A stretch of 63,953 nucleotides of DNA, counting the filler, from Lama guanicoe (Eukaryota): NCBI GenBank assembly GCA_013239625.1. It is 189 parts of 189 records of this genome, joined end to end, with 100 filler letters (N's around TTAATTAATTAA, not from the genome) between each part and the next. Parts side by side here need not be neighbours in the genome. Positions count along the whole stretch, not along the records: positions 35,917 to 36,155 come from PNXV01046041.1; positions 36,256 to 36,494 come from PNXV01046042.1; positions 36,595 to 36,833 come from PNXV01046043.1; positions 36,934 to 37,172 come from PNXV01046044.1; positions 37,273 to 37,511 come from PNXV01046045.1; positions 37,612 to 37,850 come from PNXV01046046.1; positions 37,951 to 38,189 come from PNXV01046047.1; positions 38,290 to 38,528 come from PNXV01046048.1; 181 more parts are not named here. One strand, 5' to 3'. Below the pieces are notes generated by a model. The model saw nothing but the letters and a program-made list of their open reading frames with translations, made no database searches and had not been told where the DNA came from. Shown one piece after another: positions 35,817-47,900 of the stretch. Position numbers and translations under genes: made by a program. Numbering within the stretch: position 1 is the first letter of the stretch; each line of letters opens with the position of its first letter.

Positions 35817-36255
35817 NNNNNNNNNNNNNNNNNNNNNNNNNNNNNNNNNNNNNNNNNNNNTTAATTAATTAANNNNNNNNNNNNNNNNNNNNNNNNNNNN
35901 NNNNNNNNNNNNNNNNTGGTAGGGGTGATGATGCAGTTGGCCACACTGTTCAGCTGAGTGATAGTGGCATGGATGGTGGTGCCATGTGCTCATTGCCAGG
36001 GCTGTTTTTCTGGGACTGGGTGAATCCCAGACATTGAGAGGGAACCACTTTCTTCAACACCTCCCGGAGCAGAGGGAACATCACATGATCAGCGATACCT
36101 CATCTCTGCATCCCAGGTGGGGGTCACCAGAGTGGGAGTCCAGGAAGTAGAGGACNNNNNNNNNNNNNNNNNNNNNNNNNNNNNNNNNNNNNNNNNNNNT
36201 TAATTAATTAANNNNNNNNNNNNNNNNNNNNNNNNNNNNNNNNNNNNNNNNNNNN

Positions 36256-36494
36256 GATCACTAGTAATGTTGAGCATCTTTTCATGTGCCTGTTGGCCAT
36301 CTGTCTGTCTTCTTAGAGAAATGTCTCTTTAAGTCTTCTGCCCATTTTTTGATTGGGTTGGTTGTTTTCTTTTATATTAAGTTGTATGGGCTATTTGTAT
36401 ATTTTGGAACTTAATGCCTTGTCAGTCTCATCATTTGCAAATGCTTTTTCCCATTCTGTAGATTGTCTTTTTATTTTGTTTATGGAATCCTTTG
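36256..36494 (-). mobile_element. LINE-1 ORF2 fragment
   Basis: tagtaatgttgagcatcttttcatgtgcctgttggccatctg...tttgcaaatgctttttcccattctgtag. Confidence 0.92.
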
Positions 36495-38344
36495 NNNNNN
36501 NNNNNNNNNNNNNNNNNNNNNNNNNNNNNNNNNNNNNNTTAATTAATTAANNNNNNNNNNNNNNNNNNNNNNNNNNNNNNNNNNNNNNNNNNNNGGAGAC
36601 CCGGAATTGCCATGTCCACCTGGGGAGGAGGTGAGCGGACCGGCCATCACAATTAGAGGCTTTCGGGTTTAAACGCACAGATCAGCATCCCACGTGGTGG
36701 GTGAAGAGCAGAGGGTGCTCTGTGCTTCCCAAGTCTGGGATATTGCAAAACCCACTACAATAAACGATTTTGCCTCATCTTTGAACAAGGCCTTAATTTA
36801 TAAACACTATGGCAATGCCCTTGGTGTCTGTGGNNNNNNNNNNNNNNNNNNNNNNNNNNNNNNNNNNNNNNNNNNNNTTAATTAATTAANNNNNNNNNNN
36901 NNNNNNNNNNNNNNNNNNNNNNNNNNNNNNNNNAAATTGGAATGTTAGTCAAATATTAATGATTTGTGAAGACAGTAGTTGCTTTTTTTTCTGCAGAAGA
37001 TTTTCGTATGGAATTCAATGAAGAATTCGGTTGTGTTCTGTCTACTCTGTTAAAAAACTCACTTGCCTATAAAGAAGTTAATAGGGAAGAACAGGCAGAG
37101 ATACTTCTGTTTGGCATCTTCCTCATCTTGATTTGCAAGATAGTGTTACAAAGCCTTTGATTTAGTTTTCTTNNNNNNNNNNNNNNNNNNNNNNNNNNNN
37201 NNNNNNNNNNNNNNNNTTAATTAATTAANNNNNNNNNNNNNNNNNNNNNNNNNNNNNNNNNNNNNNNNNNNNAGATAATGTTCAATAGGTTGCACTACAT
37301 CAGAGCATCTCATTTCTCCAGTGTCCTCCTTAATCAAGCTTAAATAGTATTTGACATCTACAGGCTAACAAGAGGAAGGGAGATGTTTTAGGACTTAAAG
37401 AAATCCCAGATCCTGGGTTTCCTCTCATAGAATTCAAAACTCAAGCCCATTCACAATCTTCTTTCTGAATATACGTGTCTCCTGGGATGTAAGAGGATGA
37501 CAAACATCATGNNNNNNNNNNNNNNNNNNNNNNNNNNNNNNNNNNNNNNNNNNNNTTAATTAATTAANNNNNNNNNNNNNNNNNNNNNNNNNNNNNNNNN
37601 NNNNNNNNNNNGTTAGGAAGGGGACTGGAAAATGTAGGGCTTTGAGGCCGTGGAAAGGAACTTGGAAAACCTACCAATAACCAGGAACTTTCAAGTTTCC
37701 AGTCTCACGTTCTTTTCACAAAACCCTGATAGATGAGTATTGATGCTCCTGATTCCCACAGTTCCTAGCACTCATCAAGCCTTTGGCCAATATTTGTGGC
37801 AAGAAAGAATGAAGGAATAAATGAATGAAAGGGATAAGTGGACGGGGCCCNNNNNNNNNNNNNNNNNNNNNNNNNNNNNNNNNNNNNNNNNNNNTTAATT
37901 AATTAANNNNNNNNNNNNNNNNNNNNNNNNNNNNNNNNNNNNNNNNNNNNATGTGTGGACCCTTTAAATGTCTGGGTTGAGAGTTTAGAGCTGTCTTAGA
38001 ATATAATGCCTTCATTCCAGGGACTCTGTTCTACTTGGGGCATGAGCCTTGATGAAAGCCTGATGTTCAACCAGGGTTTGTCATGAGCCTGGTTATTAAC
38101 AGGCACGAGTGCACTTTGTCAATAACTTCAGTACGACAGCTCAGTCAGAAGGATCTGAGTATTTAAAGATGATGCATCTTAAGAAGATGNNNNNNNNNNN
38201 NNNNNNNNNNNNNNNNNNNNNNNNNNNNNNNNNTTAATTAATTAANNNNNNNNNNNNNNNNNNNNNNNNNNNNNNNNNNNNNNNNNNNNTGTCCTAAACT
38301 GTAAGGAAAGTATATAAATATAGAATATTTTTGATCTTTTAAGA

Positions 38345-38528
38345 GAAAAAGGAACACTCCTACTCGGTTGGTGGCAATGTAAATTGGTGCAGCCACTATA
38401 GAGGACACTGTAGAGGTTCCTTAAAATCTAAAAATAGATTTCCATGTGATCCAGCAATCTCATTCATGGGTATATGTGAGGAGAAAAATATAATTCAGAA
38501 AGACACATGCACCCCAATGTTCACAGCA
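38345..38528 (+). mobile_element. LINE-1 ORF2 C-terminal fragment
   Basis: gagaaaaaggaacactcctactcggttggtggcaatgtaaattggtgcagccactat...tgcaccccaatgttcacagca. Confidence 0.9.
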
Positions 38529-38628
38529 NNNNNNNNNNNNNNNNNNNNNNNNNNNNNNNNNNNNNNNNNNNNTTAATTAATTAANNNNNNNNNNNNNNNN
38601 NNNNNNNNNNNNNNNNNNNNNNNNNNNN

Positions 38629-39206
38629 ACCACCTCACTCTTTGGAATTTCATTCATTGAATTAACCAAAAAGAAGCCTCAAGTATGACAGTGTTCAGTT
38701 CAATGCTATTCATATGTGAATCAGTGAACAACTCTTTCCAAAAAGAGGGTTGTTAAACAAACGATGATCTGCTAATTGAGTAAACATTGAGTAACCATCA
38801 TAATAGCATTGTGTGAATATTACAAATTGGAAGATATAAAAATGTGTGTACTTCCAAGCTTTGTAATNNNNNNNNNNNNNNNNNNNNNNNNNNNNNNNNN
38901 NNNNNNNNNNNTTAATTAATTAANNNNNNNNNNNNNNNNNNNNNNNNNNNNNNNNNNNNNNNNNNNNACCACCTCACTCTTTGGAATTTCATTCATTGAA
39001 TTAACCAAAAAGAAGCTTCAAGTATGACAGTGTTCAGTTCAATGCTATTCATATGTGAATCTGTGAACAACTCTTTCCAAAAAGAGGGTTGTTAAACAAA
39101 TGATGATCTGCTAATTGAGTAAACATTGAGTAACCATCATAATTGCATTGTGTGAACATTACAAATTGGAAGATATAAAAATGTGTGTACTTCCAAGCTT
39201 TGTAAT
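38629..39206. repeat. Near-identical contig pair 38629-38867 / 38968-39206
   Basis: Five substitutions (38678, 38723, 38762, 38805, 38818) with 49 identical bases on each flank. Confidence 0.95.
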
Positions 39207-40749
39207 NNNNNNNNNNNNNNNNNNNNNNNNNNNNNNNNNNNNNNNNNNNNTTAATTAATTAANNNNNNNNNNNNNNNNNNNNNNNNNNNNNNNNNNNNNN
39301 NNNNNNTTATGTAAATTTTATCTTTCAGTATGTATGCATTCTTCAGACTTTGAAAATCTTATTCACAGCACTCTTTGCTTTCATCCACCAAGTGTTACCA
39401 GCCTTTGCTAGAGTGCTTCATATGTTCTCTAGATATTGATTTTTCCCTTTACTAGCACTCAATTTATGCCCCCAATGTAATGCTTTAAAATCAATACATT
39501 AAGATAAGCAGGTAAAATTTAAACTTTCTCATCATTTTAAGTATCNNNNNNNNNNNNNNNNNNNNNNNNNNNNNNNNNNNNNNNNNNNNTTAATTAATTA
39601 ANNNNNNNNNNNNNNNNNNNNNNNNNNNNNNNNNNNNNNNNNNNNATTTCCTCTTGAATTATAGCCATTCTTTGAAAAAATAAAGGCCATTACATTGGCT
39701 ATTTGAAAAATAAAAACAAAAACCTATGGCTGTGTCAACAAACAACACGAAGTTAAAAAGAAGTCCCATACATCAAACAATTTATTTTAATGTCATTTCT
39801 CTCCCTTGATGTCTCTACACAGTAGATACCTTGTGATTTAGAGCTTCCTGCCAAGACGACTTCAGGGTCATTCTGGAATCAAGCNNNNNNNNNNNNNNNN
39901 NNNNNNNNNNNNNNNNNNNNNNNNNNNNTTAATTAATTAANNNNNNNNNNNNNNNNNNNNNNNNNNNNNNNNNNNNNNNNNNNNAAGGATTGGCTACTAA
40001 TAGGTGTAGTTTTACCTGTGGGGCAATGAAAAAACGATAAAACTGATTATGACAACTCCATGAATACACTATAAAAGATTGAACTGTGTACCTCAAATGG
40101 TTGAATTGGATGGTATATGAATTACATCTCAACAAAGCTCTTAAAACAATTATTTGGGAACTGTACTCTCCTCCTCTACATTCTGAATAAGTCTTCTGGA
40201 GATCCATGATTATTTGTTCCCTGNNNNNNNNNNNNNNNNNNNNNNNNNNNNNNNNNNNNNNNNNNNNTTAATTAATTAANNNNNNNNNNNNNNNNNNNNN
40301 NNNNNNNNNNNNNNNNNNNNNNNTTTTTTTTTTACTTTCTTTTCCTACCATTTCATTGTTAATGTAAAGAAATGCAAACTTACTTGTGTATGTTAATCTT
40401 CTATCCTTCTGCTTTGCCAAGTGTTTTTGTAGTCCTTCTCTGTCTTTCTTCCTTCATACTCTTCTGTTATGGTTAGTTGATTTTCTTTATTGTTACATTT
40501 GTGTTTCTCTAGTTTGTTTTTGCACATCTAATGTAGGTTTTTGATTTATGGTTACCATTAAGNNNNNNNNNNNNNNNNNNNNNNNNNNNNNNNNNNNNNN
40601 NNNNNNTTAATTAATTAANNNNNNNNNNNNNNNNNNNNNNNNNNNNNNNNNNNNNNNNNNNNGGCTTTCTTGCACAGAGGATGGGGAGGCTTTGGGGAGC
40701 TCTGTGTCAGTAGCGGGTACTTGGCTTTGCTATCAGCTGCGATGAGCCC

Positions 40750-40901
40750 TGCATCAGTTTCCGATGGGTGGCACAAACTGAGTGGCTTAAAGGAACAGAA
40801 ACTTATTCTCTTCCAGTTAGAAGGCCAGGAGTCCAAAATCAAGGTGTCGGCGTGGCAGTGCTCCCCCTGGAGCCCCTGGAGAGGATCCCTACTTGGCTCT
40901 T
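40750..40901. mobile_element. MLT1 (ERVL-MaLR) LTR end
   Basis: cacaaactgagtggcttaaaggaacagaaacttattctcttccagttagaaggccaggagtccaaaatcaaggtgtcggc. Confidence 0.85.
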
Positions 40902-42018
40902 NNNNNNNNNNNNNNNNNNNNNNNNNNNNNNNNNNNNNNNNNNNNTTAATTAATTAANNNNNNNNNNNNNNNNNNNNNNNNNNNNNNNNNNNNNNNNNNN
41001 NGGGGAAAGAGTAAGTAGCCGTGTGAGCATCACCACTCCTTCCCCTGCAGGCTGACTCAGCGCTCCAGCTCCCCTGCGGGCCCGCACGTGTCTCCACTGG
41101 CTACAGCCTAACCTTCCCTGGACTACGGGGCTTGGCCACCTTGCCTCGGCCAGGCCAGCCTGCGGGAAGCCTCAGTCCAGCCTGAGCCCCACCCTGCCTC
41201 GAGGCCACAGCCTCAGAATCCTTGCTTTGAGCCAGTGCCCNNNNNNNNNNNNNNNNNNNNNNNNNNNNNNNNNNNNNNNNNNNNTTAATTAATTAANNNN
41301 NNNNNNNNNNNNNNNNNNNNNNNNNNNNNNNNNNNNNNNNCTGGAGAATGTTCCTGGCTCAGGCATCTCCGGAAAGAACACTGAAATGAGCACCCATTTC
41401 CTTCTTTCTCCCCATAGCTATGTCCGGGGGCCTCTGTAGAGCAGTGAAACACCCATGGAAAAACAAATTGACCAACAAAAACTATGATGTCTTGGTACTT
41501 GTGGCTCGAATCCCTCGAGTTTTTTCCACTCTAGCTGCCTTAATGGGCTGGTACCTGGAATGATTCTGTGAGGGCACGTNNNNNNNNNNNNNNNNNNNNN
41601 NNNNNNNNNNNNNNNNNNNNNNNTTAATTAATTAANNNNNNNNNNNNNNNNNNNNNNNNNNNNNNNNNNNNNNNNNNNNTCTCTCATGAGTTTGGTTAGT
41701 GTGAGTCAGTTCCCACCTGTTTCTAAGAGAGTCACGAGTCTGCTCCCACCCACGGGAACTATGTGGAGTGGCCTGGGCAACATTCACCCTTCCTTTCCTA
41801 GGCTTTGTTCTCTCATCTGTCTTCACCAGGGAAATTCAGGCACTGCCCACATAGCTTCTTGCCACTTCGGAGGCAACATTTTGAAGCACTGACTATGTGC
41901 CAGGCATTAAGCTACACANNNNNNNNNNNNNNNNNNNNNNNNNNNNNNNNNNNNNNNNNNNNTTAATTAATTAANNNNNNNNNNNNNNNNNNNNNNNNNN
42001 NNNNNNNNNNNNNNNNNN

Positions 42019-42135
42019 CGATCCCTGGCATCTTCTCCCTGCCTGGGATCCTCTGCCTCATCCTGGGCGCCCTCCTCTTCCTGGTCCTCGTCATCCTGGT
42101 GACTCAGCTGCTCAGTTGGAGAGCGGAGCGCAGAG
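42019..42135 (+). CDS. WC1: WC1 / CD163L-family scavenger-receptor transmembrane exon
   Basis: IPGIFSLPGILCLILGALLFLVLVILVTQLLSWRAERR then a G|GT donor. Nearly identical to the recalled bovine WC1 TM (PGIFSLPGVLCLILGSLLFLVLVILVTQLLRWRAERRA), with matching phase-1 intron. Confidence 0.88.
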
Positions 42136-42696
42136 GTGGGTGCAGTGGTTAGAGGGCAACATGGTAAGTGTGTGGAGGCGGGAAGCGGGGTCAGGTGACA
42201 CAAGGGGAAAAGTGGGCAAGGTCTCTGTTCTTACCCCTATTCGTCTGCAAAACTCCTNNNNNNNNNNNNNNNNNNNNNNNNNNNNNNNNNNNNNNNNNNN
42301 NTTAATTAATTAANNNNNNNNNNNNNNNNNNNNNNNNNNNNNNNNNNNNNNNNNNNNCCCGCGCAGTTCTTCCCCTCGCTGCCCCAGGCACCGGGGACAA
42401 GGGCAGAGCCTGTCCATCCATCACTAGCGCATGTGCCTGTTTACTTCTGCTGCCCCCAGATGTGTCCTGAACTTCGACAGCAAAAAAAGAAGTAATCGAT
42501 GTGGATGTGCCCACGAACAGACATGGTGGGAACACTTCAGGAAAGATTCAGTCCCCCTCACACACGGCATAGCTTTCCATGCCCTCCGCCTGTTTCNNNN
42601 NNNNNNNNNNNNNNNNNNNNNNNNNNNNNNNNNNNNNNNNTTAATTAATTAANNNNNNNNNNNNNNNNNNNNNNNNNNNNNNNNNNNNNNNNNNNN

Positions 42697-42935
42697 ATAC
42701 CCTAATTTCATGTATCTCCTAATTATATGTTTTAATAGATATAAAAGTTAATTATACACCTAATTTAAGTGTATTTTAGCTACATATTCTCTGTATATCC
42801 TAATTGTATATGTACTCATACATATACCATACATATGATTATATATACCAAACCACATATATCCTAATTACGTATATTATATATATTCTAATTGTGTATC
42901 TTCTAATTTTAAACTTCTTTATTATATATGTATGT
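42697..42935. repeat. AT-rich degenerate tandem repeat (motif tat[a/c]tcctaatt)
   Basis: About seven ctaatt units in a TA-rich background. Confidence 0.7.
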
Positions 42936-44052
42936 NNNNNNNNNNNNNNNNNNNNNNNNNNNNNNNNNNNNNNNNNNNNTTAATTAATTAANNNNNNNNN
43001 NNNNNNNNNNNNNNNNNNNNNNNNNNNNNNNNNNNAAGAGAAGCGAGTGTTAAAATGACAGAAGAGGCTGTTGCGTAAAACAAAAAACCCAGAGATCTGG
43101 CTGTAATAAGTGTTTGTAACGGAAGCAATTCAAGATAAAGGAAGAGAGAGCACATGAGAAGAATGTCTGTTTGGGTTTTACAACTGATGATCATTTTATT
43201 CAAAAAGAAGGGGGACTCAGTAAGGATGGGAAAGATGGGGAGGGGGCTCTAAAAGTCCTTTTTTTTGGGTATTANNNNNNNNNNNNNNNNNNNNNNNNNN
43301 NNNNNNNNNNNNNNNNNNTTAATTAATTAANNNNNNNNNNNNNNNNNNNNNNNNNNNNNNNNNNNNNNNNNNNNAGACCCCGAGCAGGCTGGAGAGCGGC
43401 ATGAGGCGTGGGCTCCGCTGCACGGATGTGTTTAGTTCTGCCTGAGCCGAGAGCTCTGTGTATCTGAGTCCCTGTCAGCACATGCACATGGTACCTGGGT
43501 TCCAATGTGACTCCCCCAAACAGGAAGGAGGGTGTGTTCTGTTCATAGACCACGTGGTCTGTGCACACGGATGGGAATAACGTGGCTCACCACAAACCTT
43601 CACTTTGTCTACTNNNNNNNNNNNNNNNNNNNNNNNNNNNNNNNNNNNNNNNNNNNNTTAATTAATTAANNNNNNNNNNNNNNNNNNNNNNNNNNNNNNN
43701 NNNNNNNNNNNNNAAAAAAAATGTTTAAGATCAAGGCTATTGGTACGTTTCGAAAAAGCTCCATGTTGTGGGAAGACATAAGGGAGAAGCAGGCCGACCT
43801 GCTTTCGGCATAGTCTGGCATAGACTTTCCTGCTTAGCACAGCTTCCGTGGGGACACGGAGCAAGGAGGAGATGTGCCATCAGGCCAGCGTCACGGCCAG
43901 GGTGCAGGGCGCCTCGCTGACTCCTTCCCAGCCCTGCCCGTGCGGGAGCGGCNNNNNNNNNNNNNNNNNNNNNNNNNNNNNNNNNNNNNNNNNNNNTTAA
44001 TTAATTAANNNNNNNNNNNNNNNNNNNNNNNNNNNNNNNNNNNNNNNNNNNN

Positions 44053-44150
44053 ATTACTCTAAGGACCTGGATATCCTGACTGACGAAACACGGTGGCAAC
44101 AGTCCATGAATGTTCAATCGCTGTCTCTCTTCCAGGGTAAAAGCCACGTC
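44053..44150 (-). CDS. ME1: Cytosolic NADP-dependent malic enzyme, 5' part of exon 2
   Basis: Acceptor ttttctccacag then DVAFTLEERQRLNIHGLLPPCFVSQDIQVLRV, vs recalled human ME1 DLAFTLEERQQLNIHGLLPPSFNSQEIQVLRV. Confidence 0.9.
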
Positions 44151-44730
44151 CTGTGGAGAAAAGGAAAACACAGTAACTTGAGGCAGAGAAAACAAGAAGA
44201 CAAAAGACATACATACACACCCATAAAATCCAACTAGTACATGGAATTACAAATTGGAAGATCTGGCATCCCTCTGAGCATGGTCATGCGANNNNNNNNN
44301 NNNNNNNNNNNNNNNNNNNNNNNNNNNNNNNNNNNTTAATTAATTAANNNNNNNNNNNNNNNNNNNNNNNNNNNNNNNNNNNNNNNNNNNNAGGTCATTA
44401 GATGAGGTGAGACCTGTGACTATAATAGCCACAGCACCTGACAATGAATAGGCATTCACTAAATAGTAGTTACATTTTTGTTTTTAAAATATCAATACAG
44501 TGCCCAAGGAAGCACAGAGGCTTTGAAATCAAATAGGTCTAAATTCGACTGCAGTTCAACCGGCAACTTGCTCTAGGATCTTGGGCTGAATTTTTCACCT
44601 TTCTTAGCTTTTGTGTTCTCAGCTTTTTTTNNNNNNNNNNNNNNNNNNNNNNNNNNNNNNNNNNNNNNNNNNNNTTAATTAATTAANNNNNNNNNNNNNN
44701 NNNNNNNNNNNNNNNNNNNNNNNNNNNNNN

Positions 44731-44930
44731 TGTTCATGAGAGAACTCACATAAGATAGAAATCCTATGAATGTAATGAAGATGGAAAATCATTTTGTGTG
44801 AAGTCAAAATTCATTGCACATGTGAGAACACATTCAAAGAGAAACTCTATAAACATAATAAATGAAGGAAATCACTCCTCTGGAGTCCAATGTTTATAGA
44901 ACATAGAACACACAATGGACAGGAAAATCT
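44731..44930 (+). pseudogene. Degenerate C2H2 (KRAB-ZNF-type) zinc-finger array
   Basis: VHERTHIR*KSYECNEDGKSFCVKSKFIAHVRTHS then a frameshift. Shows an in-frame stop, a lost Cys and a decayed HTGEKPY linker. Pseudogene or ZNF 3'UTR relic. Confidence 0.85.
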
Positions 44931-47900
44931 ATTTATATAATGATTTTGACAACACCTTTGATCTAAAATNNNNNNNNNNNNNNNNNNNNNNNNNNNNNNN
45001 NNNNNNNNNNNNNTTAATTAATTAANNNNNNNNNNNNNNNNNNNNNNNNNNNNNNNNNNNNNNNNNNNNCCTCCACAGGTGGCTTCCACTCAGGTCTGAG
45101 ATGCTCTCAGACCAAAACCTAGCTCCACGGCTGGGGCCAGCTTTCTGCTGGTATCCTCCAATGACCGGTAGCAGCCGTTCGTTCACCTGACGGTGTGCCT
45201 GTGTCGGCCGGGCGTCATGCCGAGAGCCAGAGACTCAGTGATGCTTCACAGTGGCTGTCCTGGGGCTCTACCAGTTGACTTGGGAGGAAAGCACTGGCAT
45301 GTGAGTCANNNNNNNNNNNNNNNNNNNNNNNNNNNNNNNNNNNNNNNNNNNNTTAATTAATTAANNNNNNNNNNNNNNNNNNNNNNNNNNNNNNNNNNNN
45401 NNNNNNNNAGTACTGGTCAGGTATTCTGTAACTGTCCTTCAATTTTGAACTTTTTTATATTTTTATGACTGATTTGGGCTTATAAACTTTTGGGAGGAAG
45501 AGCAGTGTTGAAGCACCCTACTCTTCATATCAAGTCAGAGTCCCCACATGGCACCACTGGTGACATTAAACTTGATCACTTGGTCATGGACCTCTGTACC
45601 AGATTTCTTCATTGAAAGTTCCATTTCACTTTCCCTACTTTATTCTGNNNNNNNNNNNNNNNNNNNNNNNNNNNNNNNNNNNNNNNNNNNNTTAATTAAT
45701 TAANNNNNNNNNNNNNNNNNNNNNNNNNNNNNNNNNNNNNNNNNNNNTATCGATTGTTAGAAAAATCCCCCAAAGTTCACGTAGGAGAAATTAATGAGAA
45801 TTGACACGAGTGATAAAAAACGCAAAAGGGGACTGGTAGAGTCTGACCAATTATTTTCATAAAATGGTACCAGACTCTTATTCTTAAATAGGAAGTTCGT
45901 TACATTAATACTTTATAGATATCGTTTTATTCAGAATTATATTTTCTCTGTATCAGCACAATGTGAGAGTCTAAATTTCATTTTAANNNNNNNNNNNNNN
46001 NNNNNNNNNNNNNNNNNNNNNNNNNNNNNNTTAATTAATTAANNNNNNNNNNNNNNNNNNNNNNNNNNNNNNNNNNNNNNNNNNNNAGACCAGTCTCTTA
46101 TCTAACCACTCAGTCCTGAACCCAGTGTCTTTCAACTTGGATCCAGTCAGGACGTCTCCATTTGGTGAGTATTATCCTGGTATCTTTCCACCAGCCCCAC
46201 CTCGGACGTTTCCTCAAGGTATTTCCTATTATTTTTCACCCAGGCCCCACCCAGTATGTCTCCACTGGGTGGGTATTTCCCCCCAGTCTCATTCAACTGG
46301 AGGGCCAGGTACCTGGATACACTGCNNNNNNNNNNNNNNNNNNNNNNNNNNNNNNNNNNNNNNNNNNNNTTAATTAATTAANNNNNNNNNNNNNNNNNNN
46401 NNNNNNNNNNNNNNNNNNNNNNNNNGCCTTTTGCTAAATCACTGGAGTTAAGGGACTTTCTTTCTCTTTCTCTGTCTCTTTCACACACACACACACACAC
46501 ACCCCAGATGTGAAAGACGAAGTACGTAGCCCCAAAACTCCCTGCTACCACCACAAGGAGCTCCTGTCCTAGGGTGAAGCCAGCACAGGACTACAGAGCA
46601 GATATAGAAGGAACTTGGATTTTTATTACATCAATTAATAACACTGTAACCTCTCCCCTATCTCNNNNNNNNNNNNNNNNNNNNNNNNNNNNNNNNNNNN
46701 NNNNNNNNTTAATTAATTAANNNNNNNNNNNNNNNNNNNNNNNNNNNNNNNNNNNNNNNNNNNNAATAACTGTGTCTTGTTCCCCTGTGAATGCAGGAGG
46801 CTTGGTGCTCTCCCAGCAGTTGTGAGAACTCCTGGATGGGAGGTGGTGTTTAAATTCCCCTGGAGGTGTCCTGTTATCTCAGTCCCGCCTCCTCTCTGCT
46901 TACGTCTCAGGCCATTTCCAGATCGTCCCTGTGTGCTTCTGTTTGCTCCCCACGAACGCAAGCTCAAGACACAGCCATCTTTAGGCTTTTATGTTTTATA
47001 GATNNNNNNNNNNNNNNNNNNNNNNNNNNNNNNNNNNNNNNNNNNNNTTAATTAATTAANNNNNNNNNNNNNNNNNNNNNNNNNNNNNNNNNNNNNNNNN
47101 NNNCTCGCTGGTCCCTCCGCGGCTGCAACAATATTTGCCCGGTTGCTATGTGGACAGGGCGGCTGCCAACTCTCTTCTCTAATAAGCCTGAACCTGGCCT
47201 CTGCAGATAAGAGCATTTATTTTTCAGCTGGATGTGTTTGCTGATAAGACGCTTGCCAAGGAAGGTAAAAGGGATTTTTCTTTGGTGGCAAACCCTGGAA
47301 CTACTTTGGACATTTCTCTGCCACTCTCTGAATCCTAACAGCNNNNNNNNNNNNNNNNNNNNNNNNNNNNNNNNNNNNNNNNNNNNTTAATTAATTAANN
47401 NNNNNNNNNNNNNNNNNNNNNNNNNNNNNNNNNNNNNNNNNNATATCTTACTATTTTTCTGTTCATAGACCATGATTTGTTATAGAGAAGTACTGGACTC
47501 TCATCTTCTCTGTACACTGGCAAGTTTCTAATTGACATAGAGCTTCCTGTGAAGTCTGGAGTGACTATTCTTTTAGCCTTTTTATCATCTGTTGCAGAGT
47601 TACGTATCAATGTGGTCATGAAGAAAATATCCCTTCTTTGACCCCAAATATCCCCTTCTCTGGCATTAATCAGAGACTTCTNNNNNNNNNNNNNNNNNNN
47701 NNNNNNNNNNNNNNNNNNNNNNNNNTTAATTAATTAANNNNNNNNNNNNNNNNNNNNNNNNNNNNNNNNNNNNNNNNNNNNTATAGGTAGACAGATACAT
47801 ACGGTTAAAGAAAGAAGGGTTTTATCAGTACTTTTTTTGAAACCTCAGACAACTGGCAACAGTTTTCCTCAGGTGTCATGTACCCTAGCTAGTCTGCCTC

